From positions 1 to 43,826 of the forward strand of contig AQVQ01000001.1 of assembly GCA_000375685.1 (NCBI GenBank): a DNA stretch of 43,826 nt, in the 5' to 3' direction. Shown here one piece after another: positions 1 to 8,664 of this stretch (its first letter is position 1; each line of letters starts with the position of its first letter). The notes under the pieces are model-generated. The model worked only from the letters and a program-made list of their open reading frames with translations, ran no database searches and was not told where the DNA came from. The position numbers and the translations under genes are program-made. This stretch comes from a crenarchaeote SCGC AAA261-N23 (lineage in GTDB: Archaea; Thermoproteota; Thermoprotei; Gearchaeales; Gearchaeaceae).

Positions 1-119
1 TCTTCTATTGTTTCAACTTCAACTTTAACCTTCAAATTAACAGCTAAAGAACATCCAATTCCGTTAAATATGCCGTTCAAAACTGATATTGCTCCAGAAG
101 TAGTTGCTTTTGAGCTCAT
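1..119 (-). CDS. N-terminal 39 codons of a GHMP-kinase-like protein (archaeal-type shikimate kinase-like); the gene runs off the window start
   Basis: Reverse-strand ATG at 119-117 gives MSSKATTSGAISVLNGIFNGIGCSLAVNLKVKVEVETIE, open to position 1. The Gly/Ala-rich SGxIxxxNxIxxGxG...LKV pattern recalls N-termini of archaeal GHMP shikimate kinases. The fragment is too short for certainty. Confidence 0.35.
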   Translation of the reverse strand, partial: MSSKATTSGAISVLNGIFNGIGCSLAVNLKVKVEVETIE

Positions 120-140
120 TTTATAAACTTTGAAGTTATC

Positions 141-652
141 TTTGATGAAGTTATCCTCGTTACAGGTGGGAATGGATCATAAATTTGTGTAACATAATTT
201 GTTCTAACAGGAGGATTGTTCTGGAATATCACATCTGCATAAGAGACAATCCATTAAATTACACAAATGGAAATTTAACAAACCTATTTACTGTAGGTTT
301 TGAAAACGAACCTAACGCTACATTACCAGCCTTTAATATTACCGTTATTATTCATTTAAAAGAATTGCAGGAAGAACATCCTATAATAGGAGAAGTAAGG
401 GGAAAAGGATTGCTAATTGGAATCGAGCTTGTTAAGAATAGAAAAACAAAGGAACCTGCATCGAAAGAAACAAGCGATATCTGTTTAAATAAAGCCCTTA
501 AAAAGGGATTGCTTGTTGTCCCCAGTGGTTGGTATGGAAACGTAATTAGATTTGCTCCTCCCTTTATCGTTACTAGAGAACAAATAGATGAAGCAGTAGA
601 CATACTTGATAAGTGCTTTTATGAAGCAGAAAAGGAAAGTAAAATTCAATAA
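141..652 (+). pseudogene. Decayed class-III (GabT/ornithine-type) aminotransferase; only the C-terminal ~100 codons are intact
   Basis: ORF 185..652 matches aminotransferase class III only from about 356 (HPIIGEVRGKGLLIGIELV...GNVIRFAPPFIVTREQIDEAVDIL). Upstream there is a DEV..TG.G-like relic (FDEVILVTGGNGS, 141-179) in another frame followed by a stop. The spacing is about 100 nt too short, and the N-terminal ~300 codons are absent. Confidence 0.5.
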
Positions 653-660
653 TGCCTTTA

Positions 661-1890
661 TTAAGTTTCAAGGAACCAAGGTAAAAGTTCTATTTCGACT
701 ATTTCGTTTTCTTTACATATTTCTTTGCTTTTATCCACAACAATAAAGCAATTTGCGTCTGCAAAACTTTTCAATGCGTGTGATTCTTGAAACCCTGAAG
801 ATCTAACGAGATACTCACCGTCCTTGTATGTAGCAAAGGCTCTAATAAATTCAAGTCTGCCCGGTTTCCTTTTTATTTCTTCAATCAATCTTCCTTTTCT
901 CTTTGGTAAGAAAATGTTGTTTCTTCCGCTCATTTTTAAAAGAGCTGGTCTTACAAATTTATAATAACATACCATTGCTGAAGCAGGATTTCCAGGCAAG
1001 GCAAAAAACAAAGCCCTATTTTGCTTACCTAGAAAAATCGGTTTACCTGGCTTTATAGCAACTTTCCAGAACAATTTTTTGACTCCTAGCTTATTTAAGA
1101 CCTCCCTAACATAATCTTCTTCTCCTTCTGAAGTTCCACCACTTATTAGTATTACATCAAAATCTTTTGCAGCTTTTTTGACCAAGCTTTCAAATAACTC
1201 CTTATCATCACCAGTTAACCCTAAATTTGCGCACTCAAAACCATCCATTTTCAGTGAAGCTTCTAAAGAAAAAGAATTTGAATCCCATATTTTTCCTTCC
1301 TCTAATGATTTGCCTGGAGAAATCAGTTCCTTACCTGTTATTATCAATGCTACTTTTGGTTTCCTGTAAACTATAACTTCATTATAGCCCAATTTAGCCA
1401 ACAATCCAACAACGGAAGGAGTAATTAAAGTATGTTCGTTCAAAGCAAGCTCTCCTTCTTTAATTTCCTCTCCTCTAAATCTTATGTTTTCATATTTACG
1501 AACTTTTTCATATATTATTACTTGACCGTTATTCTCTTCTGTAAACTCAACCATACATACAGCGTCAGCTCCTTTTGGAATCATAGCTCCTGTCATTACT
1601 TTTGCTGCTTCTCCTCCTTTTATCTCAAAATTTGCATAATCTCCTGCAGCTACTCTTCCTACCAACCTTAAAACAACAGGATTTTCTCTACTTGCACCTT
1701 TAACATCTTCACTTTTAACAGCATAGCCATCCACCGCTGAATTATCAAAAGGAGGTAAGTCATGAATTGCGAATACTTTCCTAGAAGTTACATAACCTAG
1801 GGAATCGGAAATTTTTAGCTTTATTTCATCTAATAAGTTAACTTCATTCAACAATATACTTATAGCTTCTTCAAACTCTATCATAACCAA
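661..1890 (-). CDS. moeA: Molybdopterin molybdenumtransferase MoeA
   Basis: 409 aa with the MoeA N-domain motif PPFDNSAVDGYAV, a central MoCF-binding domain (ALIITGKEL...ILISGGTSEGEEDYV) and a C-terminal beta domain. Confidence 0.9.
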   Translation of the reverse strand: MVMIEFEEAISILLNEVNLLDEIKLKISDSLGYVTSRKVFAIHDLPPFDNSAVDGYAVKSEDVKGASRENPVVLRLVGRVAAGDYANFEIKGGEAAKVMTGAMIPKGADAVCMVEFTEENNGQVIIYEKVRKYENIRFRGEEIKEGELALNEHTLITPSVVGLLAKLGYNEVIVYRKPKVALIITGKELISPGKSLEEGKIWDSNSFSLEASLKMDGFECANLGLTGDDKELFESLVKKAAKDFDVILISGGTSEGEEDYVREVLNKLGVKKLFWKVAIKPGKPIFLGKQNRALFFALPGNPASAMVCYYKFVRPALLKMSGRNNIFLPKRKGRLIEEIKRKPGRLEFIRAFATYKDGEYLVRSSGFQESHALKSFADANCFIVVDKSKEICKENEIVEIELLPWFLET

Positions 1891-1979
1891 TTGAAAAATC
1901 TTTCATTCTTAAGATAAACTTAATTCTGTTAAAAATATAATACATCTCAAGATTTGTATTGTTAAAATAATTTATCAGA

Positions 1980-2573
1980 ATGTTAGGTGCTGTCATACTA
2001 GCAGGGGGTAAAAGTAAAAGATTCGGTTCAAACAAAGCTTTTGCTAAGCTTAAAGGTAAAGAGATAATTCTTTGGTGCATTGAAGGATTAAATGGCTTAG
2101 TTCAAGAAATAATTTTATCTGTGAAAAAAATCGATGATAGGTTTCTAAATATTGGAAAATATAACGTAAAGATTGTAGAAGATTTGTATGTACTTGAAGG
2201 GCCTTTAGTTGGTTTATATTCATCTTTGCTTTTCATGAAGTCTAAATATGTTTATATCCATCCTGTTGATTCTCCTTACATTATTAGAGAATATGTGAAT
2301 TTTATGTTTAATTGTGTAAAAGAATGTAACGGATGTGCAGTAGTTTTTGAAAATGGAACATTTGATCCAACACACTCAGTTGTAGAAAGGAATGCAGCAT
2401 TAGATTATTCAAAGAAATTGATTGAAAATGGGAATACAAGTTTGAAATCCTTATTCCTAGAATTGCCAAATGTAAAGTTCATCAAACTTGAAGAATTGAA
2501 TATAAAATCAATTGATAAAGTATTCATCAACATTAACACAAAAGAAGATTTAGAAAGAGAAGATAGCAAATGA
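1980..2573 (+). CDS. mobA: Molybdenum cofactor guanylyltransferase MobA
   Basis: 197 aa with the N-terminal LAGGKSKRFG..K nucleotidyltransferase signature typical of MobA. It is divergent from moeA. Confidence 0.8.
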   Translation: MLGAVILAGGKSKRFGSNKAFAKLKGKEIILWCIEGLNGLVQEIILSVKKIDDRFLNIGKYNVKIVEDLYVLEGPLVGLYSSLLFMKSKYVYIHPVDSPYIIREYVNFMFNCVKECNGCAVVFENGTFDPTHSVVERNAALDYSKKLIENGNTSLKSLFLELPNVKFIKLEELNIKSIDKVFININTKEDLEREDSK

Positions 2574-3166
2574 AGAAAATATCAGCAATAATTCTTGCAG
2601 CTGGAGTCTCATCAAGAATGGGAAAATTAAAACAAATTACAGAGATTAAAGGAAAGATTATGATTGAAATCATATTGGAAAAAGTTAAGGCTCAACCTTT
2701 TTATGAAATTATTTTGGTGCTGGGTTACAAGCATGAATTAATACAAAAAAGTTTGAAAACAAGAGTTGATAAAGTTGTTATTAACAATGAGTATGAAAAA
2801 GGAATATCCACTTCTATAAAAAGTGGCGTTCTTAGCATCTCTGACGATTCTGAGGCCTTTGCAATTTTTTTAGCTGACCAGCCTTTTATAAAAGGAGAAA
2901 CCATAAAGAAGATTATTGAAGAATTTAACAAAAGGGAATGTCTAATATTAGCACCTTTATACAATAACGAAATAGGACATCCAGTGATTTTCCATAGAAA
3001 ATTGATTCCTGAAATAATGAAACTAACAGGAGATGTTGGTGCAAAAACGATAATTAAAAAGTTTAAAGAAAATGCTTACTTTTTGGAAGTTGATGATGAA
3101 GGTGTTTTTATTGATATCGATACTCCCGAGGATTTAAATGAGGCTTTAAAAAAGTTAACCAGCTGA
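2570..3166 (+). CDS. MobA-like NTP transferase, MocA-type (molybdenum cofactor cytidylyltransferase-like)
   Basis: 198 aa with ILAAGVSSRMGKLKQ and a LADQPFI motif as in MocA/CoxI-type proteins. There is a 4-nt start/stop overlap with mobA. Confidence 0.7.
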   Translation: MKKISAIILAAGVSSRMGKLKQITEIKGKIMIEIILEKVKAQPFYEIILVLGYKHELIQKSLKTRVDKVVINNEYEKGISTSIKSGVLSISDDSEAFAIFLADQPFIKGETIKKIIEEFNKRECLILAPLYNNEIGHPVIFHRKLIPEIMKLTGDVGAKTIIKKFKENAYFLEVDDEGVFIDIDTPEDLNEALKKLTS

Positions 3167-3430
3167 AACTACAGGAAAGAATGCTATAGTATCATCGTTT
3201 TTTAACTTAATTTTGTTGAAATCTTCTCTTTTAACAGTTACAGCATTATGAGCAACAGTTATTTCTTTTTTAAGCTCATTGCTACCAAAAAGAACTTCCT
3301 TTATTTTACCATCTTCAGAAAGTTTCTTTATAAAATCGCTTAGTGTAAAATTATCTTCAACTTCTATTTCATCTTCTGACTTACCCAATTTTTCCCTTAA
3401 TGAAGCAAAATAAAGAACTTTTATTTTCAC
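3155..3430 (-). CDS. moaD: Molybdopterin synthase sulfur-carrier subunit MoaD (ThiS/MoaD fold)
   Basis: 91 aa with MKIKVLYFASLREKLG... and the ending ...TIAFFPVVSAG, the typical MoaD layout. The C-terminus is Ala-Gly rather than Gly-Gly. Confidence 0.8.
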   Translation of the reverse strand: MKIKVLYFASLREKLGKSEDEIEVEDNFTLSDFIKKLSEDGKIKEVLFGSNELKKEITVAHNAVTVKREDFNKIKLKNDDTIAFFPVVSAG

Positions 3431-4044
3431 AACAATAATCTATTCCAATCATCTATTAATTTTATTGGCCATTTCAGTCTTCTCTTTAGAGAATTATACA
3501 TTAAAATTGTCCAAGCATCGATTACCAAAATTCCCAATGTTTCAGCTTCAGCTGCGGATAATGGAGCCAAAATAGCAACTATCGGAGAAATTATTCCTAA
3601 GATTATGAAAATTTCACCATATTTTTTCAGTTTTGACAAGTAGATTCCAATCCCCCAAGTTATTATACTTAAGTCAGATTGTACAAAAAAATAAGTAGAA
3701 ACAAAAACATGCGGCCTTGTACCTGCAGGGAATATTCCTATTAAGATTAAAAATATTCCTGCTATAAAAAAGAAGGCGCTTCCAGCAACTTCTATCTTAT
3801 TCAATGAATAATTTATTAATGAAATTGAATATAAGAGAATAAGTATCCCAACAAAGATAAGACCATTGTTGTAAATCCAGGGCATATTTGCTTGACTTGA
3901 ACCCAAATCACTGAATGCGCCTGTTGTATAGTGGGAAACCCACCAAGGATTTGCTGATATACTAATTAAAATTACGATCCATGCAAGAACTACATCGACT
4001 ATCCCTAGATAAAATAATCCTTTAAAGATTTTTTCTTGCATCAT
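3427..4044 (-). CDS. Polytopic membrane protein (about 6 TM, DUF998-like guess), co-oriented with moaD and overlapping it by 4 nt
   Basis: 205-aa hydrophobic ORF with no recognisable catalytic motif. The 4-nt overlap suggests one transcript with moaD. Confidence 0.55.
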   Translation of the reverse strand: MMQEKIFKGLFYLGIVDVVLAWIVILISISANPWWVSHYTTGAFSDLGSSQANMPWIYNNGLIFVGILILLYSISLINYSLNKIEVAGSAFFFIAGIFLILIGIFPAGTRPHVFVSTYFFVQSDLSIITWGIGIYLSKLKKYGEIFIILGIISPIVAILAPLSAAEAETLGILVIDAWTILMYNSLKRRLKWPIKLIDDWNRLLL

Positions 4045-4093
4045 TAGAAAATTATCTTGTTATATACTTATATTCTAAACCTTTAAATATATT

Positions 4094-4442
4094 TTACACA
4101 AATGAAAGCATCGCCCTTAAGGACGGGATGAATAGGCTTAAATAATTAAAATTTAAATTTTTCTTAGGAAATTCAGTGACGCTCCTCCTAAGCTCGATAG
4201 AGGGCTTTATGGGACTAGGAAGGAAAATTCAGTTGTACTTTTTAATGAAGGATTCTTTATAGAATCCAGAATTTGGGTTGGCAACCCTTTTAATGAGGGT
4301 TTATTTAAACCAGATAATATGGGGAAGCTGTGATTCTTAAAATGTCCAGCAAATGCGATATGTAGCTCCGAATTAATGCTGGAAACCTTTGAGCTACTCT
4401 AAAAGGAAAACCTTCATCCTTCTAGGGTAGCGAGGAGGTCAG
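4094..4442 (+). mobile_element. R1: copy of the ~350-bp non-autonomous IS200/IS605-like element (orientation defined as TTAC->TCAG)
   Basis: TTAC at 4094-4097, then ACAAATGAAAGCATCGCCCTTAAGGACGGGATGAA... through ...CTTCTAGGGTAGCGAGGAGGTCAG ending at 4442. It aligns end to end with the reverse complement of R2-R7. It lies in the divergent intergenic region between the 3427..4044 (-) and 4511..5098 (+) genes. Confidence 0.85.
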
Positions 4443-4510
4443 ATCTATTTGAAGCCTAATATTTTAGGCAAAATCAATAAACTTAAATATTTGCAAAAAA
4501 GAAAATCTTA

Positions 4511-5098
4511 ATGAAATCCGAAGAAGAAAATAAAGTTTCCTTTCCTCCTTATGTGAAAAGATTCTTAACAATAAGTCTATCTCTCTCCATTGTAGTAATA
4601 GCTGGCTTCTTAGTTGCTTACTTTTTGAATAATTTAATGGTTTTAGATTACGTTCATGTAATAACTGGTGGAACATGGACAGGCATAGATTTGTTCATGG
4701 GAACAATAATGAGTAGAATAATGCTATCGCTAGATGTAAACAGCAGGGTAGAAGTTGCAAAAAGGTTAACTCCTCTTCTTATGATTTTTATGCCCACTCT
4801 CTCAGCAGTCGTAATTACTGCAGGCTACTATCTTGCAAACAGATTAGGATGGTTTATAATAACTTCACCTTGGATAATTGCTGCAGGTGTAATCGTTATA
4901 ATACTTACTGTTCAAGGTTTCGGAATTCTCATGAGAAATGAAATAAGAGTGTTCCTTGAATTAAACAAACAGAAACCCAATGTTGAAAAGATAGTGAGAC
5001 TTACGAATATAAATTTAAAAACAGCGGGAAGTCAAGCTATTTTCCAACTTGCAATAATATTTGTTATGGCTCATCTTGCAATTTTTGGTCCTTTCTAA
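4511..5098 (+). CDS. Membrane protein, unknown function (about 5 TM)
   Basis: 195-aa hydrophobic ORF with no recognisable family motif. Confidence 0.5.
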   Translation: MKSEEENKVSFPPYVKRFLTISLSLSIVVIAGFLVAYFLNNLMVLDYVHVITGGTWTGIDLFMGTIMSRIMLSLDVNSRVEVAKRLTPLLMIFMPTLSAVVITAGYYLANRLGWFIITSPWIIAAGVIVIILTVQGFGILMRNEIRVFLELNKQKPNVEKIVRLTNINLKTAGSQAIFQLAIIFVMAHLAIFGPF

Positions 5099-5315
5099 TT
5101 TTTCAATTTATACATTATGTATCATGCTTAGATAGGATAAAAATTTCATATTGACAACTATATAAAATTTTCGTTATTTGAAAATTCAATAAATAATTGG
5201 ATTTATAACTAAATATTACCTTATTTAAAAAATCAGAATTTTTAGGAATAGAAAATGATTTATATTTATTTTGTAATAATTTCTTGCGAGAAAACAAGAT
5301 TCAAGTAAAGTATCG

Positions 5316-6242
5316 ATGCGCACATTTGTATCTACAATAGCTATTTTATTAATCATAATAATAATCGCATTTACATTATATTCAACTAAGCCAATCCAAA
5401 TAAATCAACCAACGCAAACTAAGATTATAATAAAATATGTGAAAATGAAAATAAGCGGAGCTTTTTATAATGGTAAGGTTATTAGCTTTGTTTATATAAA
5501 TACCACATGTCTTTCACAACAAGTAAACCTTACTCAACAAAATGTTGCATCCTATGAGAACTCAATAAAGTTCGCTAATTACTGTGGTACTTTTATTTTA
5601 AATGCTAGTGTGTTCCCAAAAGGCGCTCAACCTCTATTTGTTTTACTTCCGGTCTTTGCAGGGCCATCGATATTTGGCCTAAAAGAATTGAACGCTTCTC
5701 GAGAAGGATTCCCTGTTTTCAATAATCAAACGGTACTAACTCAATGCGGTGCAACAAATACGCAAGCTCAATGTCCTGATAATTTGACTTTAGTTTTCTC
5801 AGGGGGGATTTTATTATATGAAAAATATGTAAATCGTACTTTTGCTGGTTTACCGTTGGGCGTTCTTTACTTTCCTGCTCACGATATTTTAGTTAATTCA
5901 ATAACTCAAAATGAAACAACTGCTTGCTATTTAGTAATAGTTAAAGTTTATGATCCAAATATATTTCCCAATCCGTTAACAGGCAGATGTCAGCAGGTTG
6001 TGCCATCAAATCTAACCAACGCAACAGGCAATTGTCTAAATAATATTAATGCATTAATTAGAGCTATGAAGACAATCACTGCAGCTTCTGTTCAATATTA
6101 TTCTGCACTTCCTCCTAATTTAGGTACTGAAGTGGAGACTCAAGCAATAGTTCCAGGAATTTATAATACAAATCTTTTATTCTCATTATCAAATACCAAT
6201 ATAGTAATATTCGGAAATACAACAAATGAATATCCTATCTGA
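5316..6242 (+). CDS. Secreted or surface-anchored protein with an N-terminal TM/signal anchor and many N-glycosylation sequons
   Basis: 308 aa. The N-terminal hydrophobic stretch is TFVSTIAILLIIIIIAFTLY. About a dozen N-x-S/T sequons follow (NTT, NLT, NAS, NQT, NRT, NET, NAT and others), plus several Cys. This is the typical look of an archaeal extracellular glycoprotein. Confidence 0.55.
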   Translation: MRTFVSTIAILLIIIIIAFTLYSTKPIQINQPTQTKIIIKYVKMKISGAFYNGKVISFVYINTTCLSQQVNLTQQNVASYENSIKFANYCGTFILNASVFPKGAQPLFVLLPVFAGPSIFGLKELNASREGFPVFNNQTVLTQCGATNTQAQCPDNLTLVFSGGILLYEKYVNRTFAGLPLGVLYFPAHDILVNSITQNETTACYLVIVKVYDPNIFPNPLTGRCQQVVPSNLTNATGNCLNNINALIRAMKTITAASVQYYSALPPNLGTEVETQAIVPGIYNTNLLFSLSNTNIVIFGNTTNEYPI

Positions 6243-6533
6243 TTCAGCTAAACATAGTTATTTATAACTCACAAAATCTATTGAAAAATTAACTTCAAGT
6301 ATTTCTATGTAGATCTAAGAAAATCAAAATAAACATAATGATTGAAAAATTCAATTTTGAGATAATTGGAAATACATAATATTAATTATTTAATCTTCAA
6401 TAATGCCAAAGAAAGAACTTACTCAAAAGGCACATATAAGAAAAATCTTTGATACAAAGCTAACAAGCGGGTACTTGACATCAATTTCAATGATAATTGA
6501 ACATTCATTAATTTGAGGATAGATTTTTAATAC

Positions 6534-6974
6534 TTATTGATAAAGCAAAATAAGTCTTCCTTCAGAAGAAACTTTGAAAGTAATCTCCCTTACTGTTCTA
6601 CCTTTCCTTATACAAGGAGGATTAGCAAGCTTTACCATTCGAATTATCTCTATTATATTTGTTTTAAGATGGATTCTCCTTTTATCAGCAGCTTTTAAGA
6701 CAACTAAAGGAATTTCAGCTAAACGTGTACCTTTCCTTATTACAATTAATTCTTGTGATTGAATCAAAGAAACTATTTTTAAAGTTTCTTCAGCAGCTTT
6801 TATCTTACGCTTAGCTCTAAGCTCTATCATAGAAACATATGATCTGCTCAAATTTAATCTTTTAGCAATTTCAGCTTGTGTTAATCCTCGAGCTCTTAAC
6901 TTTAATATTTCAACTTGCAATTCATTAAGTAATCCATATTTTTTAGCATGAGACACAACAATAATTAGTGGCAA
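6534..6974 (-). CDS. tfx: Tfx-family DNA-binding transcriptional regulator
   Basis: LNELQVEILKLRARGLTQAEIAKRLNLSRSYVSMIELRAKRKIKAAEETL matches the sigma-70 region-4/LuxR-like HTH N-terminus of Methanothermobacter Tfx, followed by a Tfx-type C-domain. The true start may be a GTG a few codons inside the ORF. Confidence 0.7.
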   Translation of the reverse strand: MPLIIVVSHAKKYGLLNELQVEILKLRARGLTQAEIAKRLNLSRSYVSMIELRAKRKIKAAEETLKIVSLIQSQELIVIRKGTRLAEIPLVVLKAADKRRIHLKTNIIEIIRMVKLANPPCIRKGRTVREITFKVSSEGRLILLYQ

Positions 6975-7160
6975 AATTTTTAAATATTAACAAAATCTGT
7001 TGCAGTATATGATAAAAAAATGTTATGAGCTAGCTATTAAACTAAATAATTTTCTTATGGCTTATTTAGATAACTTTTCATTAAAGTCTTTGCTAAGCAC
7101 CAGTAATTTATTTGAAGAGTACATTCGTAAATATTTCTCATCTCATTCCCTTTGTAAAAA

Positions 7161-8474
7161 ATGAAGAAAACTTCTGCAAATTTTTACGTTAACGAAAAGC
7201 CAACTTTTGGTATAATACTATCGGCGACCATAGGGTCCGTAATTGAATGGTATGATTTGTTTGTATATGGATCGTTAATTGTAATTTTATCCCATGTGTT
7301 TTTTCCTATGACAAATTATTTCATTTCAGTTCTCTCTTCTATAGGTGCTTTTGTTGCAGGCGCTGCAGTTAGACCTTTAGGTGGTTTAATATTTGGAAGT
7401 ATTGGCGATAAATTAGGTAGAAAATACTCGTTCACTTTTACCATAATAATTATGGGATCATGTTCGTTTTTAACGGGCCTTTTACCAACTTATTCTTCAA
7501 TTGGAATAATTGCTCCGATATTGCTTGTAATTTTAAGGATTATACAAGGATTAGCCTTAGGAGGCGAATGGCCTGGTGCATCCATATTTTTAGCAGAAAG
7601 TTCTCCAAAAAACAAAATAGGTTATTGGACAAGCTACGTTCAAGCAAGCGCAACTACTGGGCTATTATTAGCAAGTCTAGCCTCATATTTATCCAACTTG
7701 TTTTTAGGATATGAAGACTTTTTATTATGGGGATGGCGCATTCCCTTTTTATTTTCCTCAATCCTTTTAATAGTTGGAATTGTTTCTAGATTAAGACTTA
7801 GCGAAACTCCTATATTTATAGAATTGATAAGGAGAAAAGAAATTTCAAACAATCCAATAAAAGAGAGTTTGTTGGATAAAAATAATTTAAAATTAATAAT
7901 GATTATTATTTTAATAGCTGGCGGCTCAAGCGTTGTTTGGCATACAGCTCAATACATATCCTCAATTTTCATGCAAAGTTATTTGCATTTGAATTTTTTA
8001 ATTGTGACTGAAATAATGATTTTGTCCTTTGCTTTATCAATTCCATTTTTTATATTCTTTGGCTGGTTATCAGATAAGATTGGTAGATTTATAATCTTAG
8101 CATTAGGTAATTTATTATTTTCGATTATTGTTATACCCGTATATTATTTAATTCCTATTTTTGTAATTCAGAAAAATTACATAGGAATATTTTTCTTAGT
8201 TTTTATTCAAATATTTTTGTCTAGTATGACTTATGGACCATTGGCTGCATTCATGATAGAAATCTTTAAATCAAAAATAAGATATACGTCAATTTCTATT
8301 CCTTATGGTATAGCTACAGGTGATATAGGCGATGGTTCATTACTAATAGTACCGATTCTAGGTTCAATTTTAGGTTCTTTCTATTTGGGATTAATATGGT
8401 CATTTTTGCTACCTCTAATCTCTTTCTTAATCTTGGTTCTATTTAGAAAAAGCTTCGAGATTAAAGAAAATTAA
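7161..8474 (+). CDS. MFS transporter, metabolite:H+ symporter (MHS/ProP/KgtP-like) family
   Basis: 437 aa, 12 TM, with GSVIEWYDLFVYGSL and GGLIFGSIGDKLGRK motifs characteristic of MHS-family MFS proteins. Confidence 0.8.
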   Translation: MKKTSANFYVNEKPTFGIILSATIGSVIEWYDLFVYGSLIVILSHVFFPMTNYFISVLSSIGAFVAGAAVRPLGGLIFGSIGDKLGRKYSFTFTIIIMGSCSFLTGLLPTYSSIGIIAPILLVILRIIQGLALGGEWPGASIFLAESSPKNKIGYWTSYVQASATTGLLLASLASYLSNLFLGYEDFLLWGWRIPFLFSSILLIVGIVSRLRLSETPIFIELIRRKEISNNPIKESLLDKNNLKLIMIIILIAGGSSVVWHTAQYISSIFMQSYLHLNFLIVTEIMILSFALSIPFFIFFGWLSDKIGRFIILALGNLLFSIIVIPVYYLIPIFVIQKNYIGIFFLVFIQIFLSSMTYGPLAAFMIEIFKSKIRYTSISIPYGIATGDIGDGSLLIVPILGSILGSFYLGLIWSFLLPLISFLILVLFRKSFEIKEN

Positions 8475-8511
8475 TTTAATTGTTTATAAGAACAAAAATA
8501 TTTAACAATCA

Positions 8512-8655
8512 GTAGTGCTGAATTCCTCATCATTCTAAAAAGACAAGCTTTTCAATAATTCTGACTTCCTCCCCGCCTTGAAAAGTTCGAGAGTTCCCTT
8601 TTCAAAGCGATTCATCGTTCCCCTCAATTGATTCGGAGCTACATCTCGCATGTAA
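8512..8655 (-). repeat. Two abutting fragments of the element: the TCAG-end ~95 nt (8561-8655) joined directly to a weak TTAC-end-like ~50 nt (8512-8560)
   Basis: 8561-8652 (CTGACTTCCTCCCCGCC...CAATTGATTCGGAGCTACATCTCGCATG) aligns with the first ~95 nt of R3/R7 read on the + strand. 8512-8560 (GTGCTGAATTCCT...CAAGCTTTTCAATAATT) resembles the other terminus at about 60% by eye. Confidence 0.55.
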
Positions 8656-8664
8656 AGTCTTGCT

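Noticed and set aside
1871-2080. A 69-aa ORF spanning the moeA/mobA divergent promoter region
   Set aside because: It overlaps the starts of both well-supported genes and has no motif support, so it is most likely spurious.
6403-6516. A 37-aa ORF (MPKKELTQKAHIRKIFDTKLTSGYLTSISMIIEHSLI) in the spacer upstream of tfx
   Set aside because: It is short, with no recognisable motif and no comparative support available.
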